Source: Carpediemonas membranifera BICM (lineage: Eukaryota > Protista > Fornicata). Taken from it: DNA of 64,000 nt. Location of the stretch: assembly GCA_019828565.1 (NCBI GenBank), contig JAHDYR010000006.1, positions 310,001 to 374,000 on the forward strand. The letters run 5' to 3'. The notes below the pieces were generated by a model. It was not told where the DNA came from, searched no databases, and worked only from the letters and a program-made list of their open reading frames with translations. A program made the position numbers and the translations under genes. Shown piece after piece: positions 11,301-22,838 of the stretch. Positions within the stretch are counted from its first letter, which is position 1; each line of letters starts with the position of its first letter.

Positions 11301-13914
11301 CCTGGGCCTGCTTGACGAGGATGACGGGCTGAATGAACAGCAGTGGGAACACCAGGAATAGAAGGCAAATCACGGCCCCACAGCTTCCGGCGACCGCGAT
11401 GACGTCCGCCACGTAGGCCTGCCGCACGGCGTGATCGACCTCCGTGATAAAGAAGGCCAGCTGGGGTTGGATTTGGTGTGCTATATTCGTGTGTGCAAAG
11501 TATGCCTCTGCAGCGGTCAGCGTGCTACCGGATACGATTCTGTCAGCGAAGTCGCCCACATACGTGAGAAGATCAACGAGACACGTGACACGAACCGTAC
11601 GCCCGCTGAACACCGCCGCGGGATCCGTCGACCCAGGCACAGTGTCGTCCTGCAGCATCTGGTACGCCAGCAGCATGGCTGGGAGATCAGGCCACGTCCA
11701 CTGGACGGCGGGGCTCCTGCTTCCAGAGTACATGCCGCCTACCGCCTTGGTGATGGCTGCCGCGGCCTCGCCGAGTCGCCCCGCGGTGGGGGTGGTCGAT
11801 TCGAAGGGGTGGGTTGGGACCTCGGTCTGGGCGATGGCCTGGATGAGGTAGTCCGCCTCGGACACATGAACGCTGAGCTCGGTGGCTGCCTGGTGGAGGC
11901 CGCGGAGCTCATGCTCGATGTATGCGTGACCGGACTCAAAGAGGAGGAAGACAACGACGACTGCCCCTATGGCGATGAGAGCCGCCCCGATGGTCAGCTG
12001 GAGGCGGGTCATCAGTGGTGACCGGCGGCCAGCCTTGCGGGCCTTGAGTACCCTGTTGTGCTCAAACTCCACGCGATAGTCTGCCCCGGCAAGGTCAATA
12101 TTCGTGTCAGATCTATCCTTGGCGTTGAGATACTCAGCGTATGAGTCGAGCTTCTCGGCGGCGTCCGGCGCCAGGACCACGCCCCTGAGGAAATCCGCGT
12201 ACATCCGAATGACTGGGATCCGCTGGGGGAAGTACTCTAGGAGCCAGATAAATGTCCGCTCAGCACTCGTGGCGTGGGCGTAAATCTGCTCGGACACGCG
12301 ATGCAGCTCGAGGATGTCGACCTTGTCACGAGACAGGATGCTCCAGAACGTGTTGATGGCGAGCTTCGCCTGCATCACCTGCCGCTGCACCGTCTTGAGC
12401 TTCACGTGGAGCCGTCTCAGCATGGCGCTGTCGAAGCCTGTGTGCTGGTTGCGGCGTGAGTTCTCAGCATTCTGGTACAACGCGTAGAGGTAGACACCCG
12501 CAACGAGGTCGAGGCTGGTGCGAGCATGGTCGAAGGCTCGGAAGATCTCGAAGATCGCTGCATCTGTATTTGCTCTGACATATTGGATGAATATGATTAG
12601 ATTGACTCTTGAGTTCATCGTTGGGCCGTAATGTGTGCCTGCGTTGACCGTCACAGCTTCCAAAATCACACCAATCTGATGAATCTCAGAGATTCTGTTA
12701 GCATCTGTGTTATCCTGCTGCATGAACGACAGGAACTCTAGGCGATCGCGGGTCTGCCTGATCTGACTCATACTGAGTTTCCCAAAGAAGCTTCGGCAGT
12801 ACGCATAGAAGAACAAGCTTTGCGTGGTGAGGATCCCGGGCGGCACCCGTGTCTGGGACTCCGCGGAGACGGGCTGCGAGTTTTCCTCGCCGTGAGGTCG
12901 GACTACAGGTCTGTATTTGTGGGAGAGAAGCATATATCGGACAATAATAAGAGTATAGACGAGTATGTAAATGATAACGATGGCGGGCAGCATGAAGAGG
13001 CCCCAGCCACACCGCACAGCCGCTGCAGCCAGGCCGGCGCACACCGGGGCTGATACGTCGACGGCGACAGTGGCCGGGTGAGCGTGCATCGGGAGGACGA
13101 AGAGCAGGACGCCCCAGACAACAGGGAGGACGGCCATGACGGTGGTAGCGACGGTAGACGACGTCCCCAGCTCCGTGAGCGCTATGGAGTACATCGCGAC
13201 GCCTGCGGGCTGTGCGAGTGCGAGCATCGAGGGGAGCTGCGTGCGGCGTGTCAGGGCGGGTGTCGGGTCGTAGTTGAAGTAGGACAGCCGGACAACTGTG
13301 GTCACCGCGACCAGGGTGGTGACCGAGATGACAGCAGCGCCCCAACCGACCGGGTTTGAGATAACTGTGATGCCGTCGAGGGGTGCGTCGAGGCGGTGCA
13401 GCTGGAACAGAGCGCAGGCCGCGGGTATGAAGAGTGGGCCGGAGATGAGGCGGTGGCATGACGTGATTAGCTGCGACACAGCCACGTTATGGGGCACCAC
13501 GCTCTTTCCAACGGCCACGAATAGAATGAGTGCAATTACGAGGGACCAGTAGAAGGCGGCGACGCCCCATATGAGCACCTGGCTGGTGTAGTCGGTCAGC
13601 AAGCTCGAGTACAACGACGGGACGGGGAATAGGGACCCGAGGTACTTGCCGAGCACGTCGTCGGCCTGGACAATGACGCCAGAGAGGAAGTACAGCGCGA
13701 TGACGGGGCTAATAGCATGCATTGAGCTGGGAAACCTCATTCCCATGGATCTTACGGCCATTGTGAGGCGTAGTACGAGCCAGGAGGCCCGCCCGGCACT
13801 GGTTCGTTGAAAAGAGTCCCTTGTGAAGCTCATCGTCGACATTCGCGAAGAACCGCGGGCATGTGCATCTGTTCGAAGTATATCTGGGCCCAATTCAACG
13901 CGTTGGCGCGGCAT
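8305..13914 (-). CDS. Large multi-pass membrane protein, TmcB/TmcC (tiny macrocysts)-like
   Basis: N-terminal TM bundle, then the TmcB-like segment FWSILSRDKVDILELHRVSEQI...FIWLLEYFPQRIPVIRMYADFLRGV, then repeated TM-loop-TM modules. Start placed at MPRQR. Confidence 0.65.
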   Translation of the reverse strand: MPRQRVELGPDILRTDAHARGSSRMSTMSFTRDSFQRTSAGRASWLVLRLTMAVRSMGMRFPSSMHAISPVIALYFLSGVIVQADDVLGKYLGSLFPVPSLYSSLLTDYTSQVLIWGVAAFYWSLVIALILFVAVGKSVVPHNVAVSQLITSCHRLISGPLFIPAACALFQLHRLDAPLDGITVISNPVGWGAAVISVTTLVAVTTVVRLSYFNYDPTPALTRRTQLPSMLALAQPAGVAMYSIALTELGTSSTVATTVMAVLPVVWGVLLFVLPMHAHPATVAVDVSAPVCAGLAAAAVRCGWGLFMLPAIVIIYILVYTLIIVRYMLLSHKYRPVVRPHGEENSQPVSAESQTRVPPGILTTQSLFFYAYCRSFFGKLSMSQIRQTRDRLEFLSFMQQDNTDANRISEIHQIGVILEAVTVNAGTHYGPTMNSRVNLIIFIQYVRANTDAAIFEIFRAFDHARTSLDLVAGVYLYALYQNAENSRRNQHTGFDSAMLRRLHVKLKTVQRQVMQAKLAINTFWSILSRDKVDILELHRVSEQIYAHATSAERTFIWLLEYFPQRIPVIRMYADFLRGVVLAPDAAEKLDSYAEYLNAKDRSDTNIDLAGADYRVEFEHNRVLKARKAGRRSPLMTRLQLTIGAALIAIGAVVVVFLLFESGHAYIEHELRGLHQAATELSVHVSEADYLIQAIAQTEVPTHPFESTTPTAGRLGEAAAAITKAVGGMYSGSRSPAVQWTWPDLPAMLLAYQMLQDDTVPGSTDPAAVFSGRTVRVTCLVDLLTYVGDFADRIVSGSTLTAAEAYFAHTNIAHQIQPQLAFFITEVDHAVRQAYVADVIAVAGSCGAVICLLFLVFPLLFIQPVILVKQAQERNLNLFMRMDKGLAAMMARSTDLHRSAGYIPTADELVANSDRPADRSRDASMRSNPAIGSRVSLAASLVFDSSDESIPLDMSFQSVSQSSRDSGPDSDDDEQPHSPGRRPFANVQVDGQMTVPQRQSSQDHAKLMIANETQRFMRIRRRSVQLLMIAGCLLLGASILSTVVIGATALLPHFVESYGSVYKSSMDAITAFHSLLVAENNMSTAVIGYVQALETHFIEEYRAMLDGGAVDALVDNITQLGMTKDVVGTLAATETDMHAKLRVEAISLYQSANAAGASLPTSSQCFLSGMAYNYTAEPTHLLQALVYNSSRSRGYYSDAGADAMLSTNDSLRVARNILVDPAYLTLVDAVDTGLLAARDAVIDANKANVNSAKVHRNMVEGVTTACFVAVAPIALLAAPVILTVMVINIKLSASNGRIVVLQDWVITNPGLPFQPGAKAPVHRQHLWLKLLVVGLATGLLLALSAGMVATETMWSWQADEFQIDAYEDLHGFFVGMTSDITEMSHRVLVAARYAQFADVALGYHAMAQLQAWSDTVEGLAAGVAVLEGRGGSQFDEHLARAGARLEAAVKASASIEHILRISFQLATEAAGLATSLPLPHYSYDASTEDDAAEDALHYPARVGHMYSSDTADGLLDADVQMEMARLLLFDEKMAELKAAFEEAVTEGTSILAAAVDEVDISSNTDGAGQTVTALTAFTTAVTIAAYGGFLFGYIRPPKISWALKGMQHVHVHELWRSLKLAIVLLAALVCLLGAGVLLAVLADSDTTERFDALGLVATQLRSVFSIETDGIDVATSPAAASLAYNQIVSRVDDYAQAGTRLRGAERSSVVYTAVFSWDHTSPACPSCSELTTSVSFHELSQLLVDSAYLLAPDDTCVSPGGVGSTAFTMLREVELPLTTILWDMFNTVTVINSATNTVLRASSLLFALAALIAIPLIYHMLKQNVFAAFVAQEMLVKALIAMVPEESLKKNYLLSLMCAQVSKDDLQLVE

Positions 13915-14367
13915 TGGTGATCGCCTCCGATGAGCGATTTTGTGCTCGAGCCATAGGGTCAGATGGTCAGAGAGCAGAGCTGGACAATGGCTAGCAGGCT
14001 GAGATGCAACCCTTGCAGCAGACCAGGGACGTGACTGCTGTGTTTGATCGAAACAGCAAACACAGCTTGTGCCGCCCTCCGAGGGCAGGGTGATCCTGCC
14101 ATATCTGCACACAGGATACCCATCCTTGCTGACAGAACTACCTTATCATGCTGCTGACCAGAAAGATCTGATAGATCTTATAAAATCGGATCCAATTATG
14201 CAGTTTAACGCGCAACATAGTTTCCACTCCCAGCCATCTATCACCTGACCCATCTCCTGCATCGCCACACTGATCGTTTCATTTCCTTCATCGCTCGACC
14301 CGAATCGACTCTGGACATCACGCCGTGGAACGTTGATAGCGTTTCTCTCACACGATTGGTTCAACGC

Positions 14368-14901
14368 ATGTTTCCTCACAATGAGCCCGCTAATGAGATT
14401 CTGGCTGTTTTTGAGACGCCTGAGGAGTTCTGCGGCGAGTCCGAGATCGGGCCTAATAAGACACGGCACGACGCTCCAGAAGTGTTTCTTCCTGTTCCTT
14501 TAGACCTTGATGACGTATATGACACGATTGAACGCGACTCCACGGACGAAAGCGACACTCTTGAGGTCCCCGTCCCCATTTTCAGCCCCCGAACTCTCCC
14601 CGCCGAGCTCGTCACGCCTCGTACGTCCTCCGCCACATCCTCCCCGCGGTCCTTTTCATCCCGCCGCAACAGTGCGTTCAGCCCCGCTGGGAGCCATGGG
14701 TCCCGCCCTGGCAGCGGCATGAGCCGACAGCTCTCGGGCGACATAGTCAAGCGCAGACGCAGCCGCGACTGCAGAGACGTCATCACTCTCGCTACACGCT
14801 CACCGAACCGCGTGAGTCGGCCCTCCACGCCAGGCGTGCTCCTGTCCCTGACGGCCGTCCGCCTGGACGAGGTCGCCACCAAGGAGCACGAGAGCTTCTA
14901 A
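14368..14901 (+). CDS. Hypothetical Ser/Pro/Arg-rich protein
   Basis: Coding-like codon usage; no recognisable domain. Confidence 0.45.
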   Translation: MFPHNEPANEILAVFETPEEFCGESEIGPNKTRHDAPEVFLPVPLDLDDVYDTIERDSTDESDTLEVPVPIFSPRTLPAELVTPRTSSATSSPRSFSSRRNSAFSPAGSHGSRPGSGMSRQLSGDIVKRRRSRDCRDVITLATRSPNRVSRPSTPGVLLSLTAVRLDEVATKEHESF

Positions 14902-15215
14902 GAATAGGATATGTTAACCATGTATATACGCTACAACGAGGGCGGTGCTCGGCTGTACATCACACCGCCCCGAGGCCCGGGGTCTCGACGGTCGCTGAAG
15001 GCATAGTAAAAATACAACTACTAGAAAGGGGGCGAGCTGGGATTGGGCGGATCGGGGCAGTGCTCCCTCATTCGTCGCATGGACCCGAATATATGTGAAA
15101 TGACTCCATCATTCTTGACGACCGAACAAATGAGCCCTATTCATGCCAGTCCTCGCATGACCACACCCTGCCCATCCATGCTGATCAGTGTTTACTACCG
15201 CCGGCCCAGTCTGCC

Positions 15216-15758
15216 TCAGTCCTGGGGGGGCACCCGCACCTCAGCTTCGTCAAAGTCCCCCTGGAACTCGGGGGAAAATATCGCTAGGGGTCTGGCGGGG
15301 CCATGTCTGGGCTCTGCTGGGGGCACGTAGGCTGGGGACATGGCGACCTTGCTCCAGTCCTTGACATGGCCTCCAAACACGGGTGTCTCGGCCACATCCC
15401 CGCGGGGGACTGGGATTTTGACAGTGCCAGGCGTGTTGATGCCGAACTTAAGCGGCTTAACTGTGTGCGGGGGCGAGGCCTGGTATATTGCTCGTACGTC
15501 CACGGCTGCTGTTGGCGAGACCAATGGGCCGTCCTCGATCATGTCTGTTGGCTTCGCAGGGGTTGATTCGTGTGTTGGTTCAGTATTTTCTTTTGAAATT
15601 GGGGCTTGTGGGGAGGACAATGTCGTGCTATCGGGAGTTACATTCTTAACAGCGGGCTTTCCACTCTTTGAGCCATCCTGAAGATCAATATCCAGCTCTG
15701 TTACGTCTTCAAGATCAAGGAAGTCCTTTACGGCTTTCCCGTAGCTGAAACCACTCAT
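15216..15758 (-). CDS. Hypothetical low-complexity protein
   Basis: ORF starting MSGFSYGK; no recognisable domain. Confidence 0.45.
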   Translation of the reverse strand: MSGFSYGKAVKDFLDLEDVTELDIDLQDGSKSGKPAVKNVTPDSTTLSSPQAPISKENTEPTHESTPAKPTDMIEDGPLVSPTAAVDVRAIYQASPPHTVKPLKFGINTPGTVKIPVPRGDVAETPVFGGHVKDWSKVAMSPAYVPPAEPRHGPARPLAIFSPEFQGDFDEAEVRVPPQD

Positions 15759-16004
15759 GTTTTCGTGAGAGACGTTCGTGATGTTGCGTAAAGTGCACAG
15801 CTTACAGCCGGCCCCACGATGACATGGAAAGTACACAAGGGCGTCGTGTTCCTCTCCAGCATATGCTGTGCTGCAAGCAGTCCATTCATCATCAGGTCAC
15901 CAAGGCATCATCATGTGCCAGGGCCGGCATAAAGGGCATCTCACGTCGACTGGCATACATCGTCTCGCATGTAAGTTTATACGGCATACCCCAGACGGGT
16001 GCAC

Positions 16005-16346
16005 TTAGCCCGTTCGCCAGGCAATGTGAATGCCGCTGGCAGTTGAGAAGGGTTCGCTGAGCTCGCCAATCTTGAGGTTGAAAACGACTTCATCGAACTC
16101 CTTGACCATTTGGCCGTGGCCGAACCAGCCCAGGTCGCCACCATTGCGGGCGGAACTGCAGTCAGACATCTGGGAGGCAAGATTGGGGAAGTCCACCTCA
16201 TTGTTCAGGAGCTGTTGGCGGAACTTAGCGATTCTGTTGTACGCCTCGTCCATGGAGATGGTAACGGGTTGCCCGATGCGATTCTTGGGGTTGCGTGACT
16301 TGTTGTGCTTGGCAAGGATGTGAGAGGCTCTGACTTTCTCGCTCAT
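16005..16346 (-). CDS. PIN1: Pin1-type parvulin PPIase lacking a WW domain
   Basis: KVRASHILAKH, SDCSSARNGGDLGWF, GQMVKEF, TASGIHI. Confidence 0.9.
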   Translation of the reverse strand: MSEKVRASHILAKHNKSRNPKNRIGQPVTISMDEAYNRIAKFRQQLLNNEVDFPNLASQMSDCSSARNGGDLGWFGHGQMVKEFDEVVFNLKIGELSEPFSTASGIHIAWRTG

Positions 16347-16577
16347 GTGATACTTTGTTCTGGTTTACGCGGATTCGTGTGTTTTGGGAGAGATTATTCA
16401 AGGGAAACGGGAGAAACGTTCCACTGACAATTTGGGCGGGCTTTAAAACTGCGTTTGTCCGCGAGCCTCAACTTCGGGGTCTGGCAGCCAGTCTGACGGG
16501 AACTCCATGCTATAATCACGCATTCTCAACACTCCACGGCAATTTCTGTCTGACGACTTCATTTCCTTCGTCGACAA

Positions 16578-17321
16578 ATGGCAGAGCCACAGCCTCCTCC
16601 ACCTCCTGCGCCGCTGATCACCGAAGTAGGTCTCGGAAAACTGGTAACGAGTGAAATAGAGATCCTAATTCGTTCTGTTCCCTTCTACATTGGCCGGAGT
16701 GCGCCTGGAAGCATCATGGCAGACCGCGAAGACCGTTTTGCGGATGTTCCAGCCGATATTCCGGACATAGAAGAGCAACACATCTGTATAGTTTACAACA
16801 CGCGCCTTCGCTACGCCGAGGCGATGATCCGCGGCCGTTCTGGCGCCTACATCAACGGCATACACTACTCGCCGACCCAGTCCACGTTTGAGCGGAAGAA
16901 CCCCGAGGCGATGGACTGGCGCGTGGTCCTGGGCAACCGTGCGATCATCCAGCTCGGCCACTCTGACGGGCCCCACTTCCGGATGATGTTCCTCCTGCCA
17001 ACCCTGGGCGTGGTGGAGGTCTCGGCGCCACAGGACACCCGGGCGGATCCATACAGAGCGGTGCATGCAGTGAACGACATTGAACGGTGGCTGCCCGACT
17101 ACTTGGCCCCCCGCGGTCCCATGAGCCTCGGCGACCTCGTCCAAGGGGCTATCCAGAGGGAGGCGACAGTCAACCCGCACCAGCCGAGGCCGGCGAATAC
17201 CTTGGAGCGGATGATCCACCGTGGCCTGCACCGTCTCGACTCGTGCCGCTACCAGGAGGGCCAGCTCATCCGGACGATGGACCGGAAGGCCATCAAGTGG
17301 GTGTGCGAGAAGCCAGAGTAG
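16578..17321 (+). CDS. FHA-like domain protein
   Basis: FYIGR...EQHICIVYN...GRSGAYING...LGNRAIIQLG follows the FHA pattern, though the phosphothreonine-binding residues are degenerate. Confidence 0.6.
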   Translation: MAEPQPPPPPAPLITEVGLGKLVTSEIEILIRSVPFYIGRSAPGSIMADREDRFADVPADIPDIEEQHICIVYNTRLRYAEAMIRGRSGAYINGIHYSPTQSTFERKNPEAMDWRVVLGNRAIIQLGHSDGPHFRMMFLLPTLGVVEVSAPQDTRADPYRAVHAVNDIERWLPDYLAPRGPMSLGDLVQGAIQREATVNPHQPRPANTLERMIHRGLHRLDSCRYQEGQLIRTMDRKAIKWVCEKPE

Positions 17322-17746
17322 ATGCGGGGGATGTATGGGTTTACATAAATTACTACGCATGTGAGCGGTGGGTCCAGACGAGCATGGCGTGTGGATCAGC
17401 CAATATGCACTCCAGGCCCGCTGCTGTCCTTATAGCCTCCACCGGGCAGAGATGCGTGGGCCTGACCCCTCGTACCAGCTTCTCTGCTGATATCATCTCT
17501 TGTAAGAAGGACATAAGACTGGGGCTGGCAGAAGCCTTGGACTTCAGGGAGTCGGTGGCAGAACTCGCAGGCTAATGTGCCCTGCCGCGAACCCGCGAAA
17601 ATTTTCTCAACACCCTCCCTAACCATCGACCAGTCGGGCCCACGTGTGCTCTCCCGCGAACCCAATGTGCAGATTACAGGTCACGATGGTAACTTGGATG
17701 TGGTCTGCAAAGTTCGTACTACCCTGTCATTCAGCTTTCCGATTCT

Positions 17747-20700
17747 ATGGAACACGCCAAATTTCACTCTGTGTTTGTCATTTGGCCTTCAGCTAACGCA
17801 GTTCGTGTGTACTTCGGCACAATTCGCTATCTTCGCAGCGAAACGCCAGCCCATCTCCCTTATACAGTCTCGAAACACTAGACAGGCGCGGCGAAGTGAT
17901 ATCAGCCGTCGCATTCATCCCTGATGGCTCTAAGATGGTCGTCGCATACACAGACGGTCTATTTGCACTGTGGTCGTCGGACCTCAAGCTCAAGGACAAG
18001 GCCCAGCACGGGGGCCAGATCAGCTGTCTTGCAGTGTCATCTGAGATCGCCACAGCTGGCAACGGGAGAGTGATGCTGTGGAGCTCTACCGGTGCCAACC
18101 TCCTGGACGAGAAGCATGTCGATTCACCCTTTACCAATAGCATCGCCTTCTCCCATGCCGGCCGTTCCCTCGCTGTCGACGATGGCAACGCCATCCGCGT
18201 GTGGGACGTCGGCCAGGGCGCAGGGCGTCGATTCATGGGCCACCGTGGAGTTGTCAACAGCCTCAGGTTCATCCGGGGCGACTCGATCGTCTCCGTCTCC
18301 GAGGACACGCGGATGTGTATCTGGGACACTGTAAGTGGCAAGATTCGAAACGAGCAGCACTTGGACTCTGTTTTCCAGACGATTGCTCTGTCGCCTGACG
18401 GGCTGCTGCTTGCATCGGGGTCGGCCGCCGGCTGCAAGGTCTGGGATACCGACACCTGGCAGTGCGTCGCCAGTCTCGGTAGCGTCGCTGGCTGTCGCTG
18501 TGTTGCCTTTTCCCATGACGGGTCGACTATCGCGTGCTCGTTCGATACCGACTCCGACGCGATCGACCTCTTCAGCGTCGGAAGCGGCCGATCTTTCGCG
18601 ACGCTGCGAGGGCACACGGACGCTGTCACTAGCCTGGCCTTCTCCCCGCGCAGGTCGACCCTGCTCTCCGGATCCAAGGACGGCACGGCGAGGGTGTGGA
18701 CGATGTTCAACCGCCCACCACTGACGACGGCGGAGGAGGTCTGCTCCCACACTATCACTGCCGCGGATAGTATCTGTCTCGGCGCAGTTGATCCGCTGTC
18801 TGTGGTGGACTTTGCCCGTGCGATCGACCACACGCTGACCCGACGCAACGAGACCCCGCGGCTCTTCGAGGCCCATGTGTGTGACCCATGTGGCCGTATT
18901 CACAACATAACGATGCAGTTTGGTAGGCTCCGCACTCACTCAGACAACCCGACCAGCGGCGTACAAGCGATCGTAGCCGTCTGGAACTCGGCCACCGCTC
19001 CCATCGATTGCACCACCGCAATCCCACTCATTCAAGCGAGGAGCCTGGCCGCAATGCCCGACGGGTCTGTGGTACTTGGCTGCAACAAATGTGCCCGAAT
19101 ATACGATTATTCAGGCCGGCGCAGGGAGGTCATACAGCACAGCAGCGCCGTCCGCTGCGTGTCAGTGTCTGCGGCCGGTATTGTGGCCGTGGCGGACCAG
19201 CAGAAGATCTGTCTCTGGACCTCGATGGGCGACCGCCTGGCCACCCTGCGCTGCAAGGACGAGCCCGTCAGCGCGCTGTCCTTCTCGCCGGACGGCCGGA
19301 TGCTACTAGCAGCCTGCTGTGGTAAGAAGAAGCTTCGGCTGTGGATGTCCGATAACGACCGGTGGACGTTCTGGAAGACCCGTGAGGTCAACCTGCAGCG
19401 GAAAACGGGCGCTCCAGCTGCGGGAGTCGCCTTCTCCCCCGACATCAACGCCCATCCTTCCTTTGCTGTGGCGTCCGCTTCCAGGGTCGTCATCTTTTGG
19501 GTGGACGGTAGGACAATACGGGAAGCCCACAACATCCCCGGGCCCCCGCATTCCTCCTCTGCTAAGTCTATCGCGTTCTCGGGAGACGGCAGCATTCTTG
19601 CAATCGGGTATTGCAGGAAGACTGTTAAGGTCTTCACAACCGTCGACTGGCGATGCATTCTGACAATCGCACTCCGCAGTGAAACCCGAGTCACGCATGT
19701 CGACGTGTCTGCTGACGGTGCGATGGTCGCCGCGGGGACGTCCGACGGGCTTGTCTCTATCTGGTCGACACAGGGCGACTTCATCGGCGACCTCGCCAGT
19801 CCTGCACCGTCGCCCGGAGAGGTGAGGGGCGTCGCATTCCTGCCGAACGGTATGGCCATTGCAGTTACTTACAGCCGGGGCAAGGCGCTGTACTGGGCAT
19901 TGAAACACTCCGCGCTCTTCACCAATGACATGGCGCGACTCCTCTTTCAACCCGCCAAGAACGCCACCATCGCCGTCCCATCACCCAATACAGCCAAGGA
20001 GCCCGTGCTCCTCTCTGACGCGGCCCGTCTGCTCGTTCACAGCGTGGCCACGGGTCAACCCAGCGTCTTCACTGTGACTGTCGACCCGTCTTCGGTCACG
20101 CTGACTATGGACCGCCACAGATTCTGCCAGGCGACATCCCCGACCGAGATTTCTTCCAGTGTCGTTGAGCTCCTCGAGCAGTTTAACACCATTCCAGTCG
20201 GCCGCATGACGGATGATTTCTGCAACGGGAGCATTCCATTGAGCGAGGTCTCCTTCCCACCCCACTCCGGGGCCTCCGCTGCACACCTGGAACGGATCGC
20301 CACTGAGGCCGTCAGTAGCAACGCCGGCGTCCCCCTCGACTTCTCGCTGACTCTCGATCATCCCCCAACAACGGTGAAACCCGACCAGGCGGGCTGCTTG
20401 GTGTCAGACCCGCCGGATGCTGTAGTTGATGGTGTGTTGCGGCCATTCAACGTCCATCAGAGAGACAGGACCGTTGCTGCGATCACATCCACACCAGTGT
20501 CACCTGACGACAGTATTATTGTGACACACGCGGACCTTGACACACTCATCACTCTGGTCGATCGCCTCAAGACGAGCGGGGTCAGTCCAAATGTCTTCTC
20601 CGTCAGCCTGGACGAGCCAGCAGAAGCTCAAGTGAAACTGGATGGGGCCACTCTCGTCGTCACTCCGCCGAACGATGTCGTCTCGAATGCGGTGCGCAGC

Positions 20701-22805
20701 TTCACCTTCCTGGGCGCATACCGTGAGAGCATCATGACTGCTGACGCCGTGCGTATCGGCGACCACTGCGTCCTGACTAAAGACGACCTCCGTGATGTGC
20801 TCGCCATCCTCCGCGAGCGTACCCGCGATAATCCACCCTTCTCCTTCCATCTGACCCTGACCCTTGGCCCAGACCAGCATCTCGACGTCACCATGGACGA
20901 GGACAAGTTCCTGGTCCCCAGTGCATCAGACGATTGGGTCGACCCCTGTCTCTTGACATACAACGGAGACTGGCTCTCACAGTGGTTGGACCGGTTTGAG
21001 TTGACGCCGGTCAGCGCAGAGGATGATGTCCGGGTCACGCACGCAGACAGTCCCGCTCTTCAGCAGATCCTCGACCACATTGTCAAGTCTGGAACCATCC
21101 CCCGGTCACTCAAAGTGACTCTGGTCGACTCGAACAACGTCACGGTGCAGCTGGTCAAGGGCTGTCTGTACTCTGGAAAGGGCAGCAACGCGCAGCTCGA
21201 AGACTTCTTGAAGGGGCAGAACCGGCGATTATTTGGCCTCTGGCTCGACTCTGTCTGCTCCTGTGCAACCACAGAACAGAGTGAGATCCGGTTCGAGTTC
21301 CGCCATGACTGGCTGGACTGCACCTCTGCCGATTTGGAGAGGGTCATCAACCACATTGTCGCTAGTGCAGTTGTCCCCTTGTCGTTCAGCATGCAGTTGT
21401 CCGCACCCAACGTCGTGGTGTCTATGAATGACGCTGTTTTCATCGCTGACAGGGCCGATGCTGAGATCGATAAGTTTCTAGACACTGCAAACATCCATCT
21501 GACCCGAGCCGTTGCTGCAAGACGCGAACGTGTCCTTAAGAACCTCGCCGTCACCTTCTTCCTCAACCCACCGACCGGGGCTCACTTCGTTCATCAGGCC
21601 ATTGCTCTCAGCGCCTTGCTCGAGGCCCACCCGCTGCTCGATGCAGTTGCCCCCGAGATCCCCGAAGTTGTTGAAGGCCCCATACAAACCAGCACACGAC
21701 TGAGAGAGCGGGTCCAGCATGCACGACTCAGTCCGAGAACCCGCACCGACGTGTATACTGAGCTTTTGGTCGAAGCCAAGGCCTGCAGGGCGACCCTGAA
21801 CACCCGAGTGGAGGCGAGCAAGGCAAACTGGGACGCTGCGACCGCGTTGCTTGTCTGCGTCCAGTCGTTCGGCCATCCCCTCCCGAGCTGGGATGACATG
21901 GCAGAGCTGCTGAAATTAGCCGATGGATGTGTGGCCGAGTTCCCGATGCTAAAGACTGACCTCTCAGAACGGTATGCCACGCTTCGAGCATTCCTGGAGC
22001 CCCGTGTCAGGAGTACCTGGCACTGGGCCGAGGCGATCCTGGAGCATCGTGACACACGCGACACCACGGCTCTCAAACAGCTTGATGAGTTCATAACCGA
22101 GGCAACTATTCACCTATCAATGTTCTCCGTGGCAGATAAGATTACCACAGAATACAACAGCCTGGGCGGTGATTTATACCACATCAAGAACAAGGCCGAG
22201 CTGCTGGGGTCAGACATAGCACATGCGGAGCAGGTCGGCAGGCACGCTGAGGCTAGCAAGCACAGAGCTGAGCTCGAGAAGGTGAGGGGCACGATGCATG
22301 CCATGCACAACGTCCTGGCCCGCCGCACCCCGCAGCTCCTCCAGCTATGTCCCGAGCTGGACGCCCTCGGAACACTGTCCAGCAGCGATTTCGTCAAGCT
22401 GCGGGAAATCGGGCTGGCCCACCTCATGGACCTCCCCGAGATGCGCGCCGACCTGGTTTTCAGCGACTTCAAAGTGGTGTCGACCGTTAGTGACACTAGA
22501 GCGCTGTGTCAGATTGTCAAGAGGAATGGGCGGTCATACTTCGCCAAGACATTCAAGCTCAAGAACGAACAGGAGCGAAAGCTCTGCGACCGCGAGGCAG
22601 GTATCCTGTCGCGCATGGCGCACAGCCCCACCGTGCCCAGGCTGCACTTCGTCCTCGTCAACATGACTGAGCAGACCTGCACAATCATCATGGAGCACCT
22701 CGAGAGCCACCTGCGCGACGCCCCAGCCGACTCGCCCGACAGCCTGCGCAGACTGCTCCACGGCCTGCTCACCGCGATCCACGACCTGCACAGCGCGGGC
22801 GTCTG

Positions 22806-22838
<33 letters not shown>

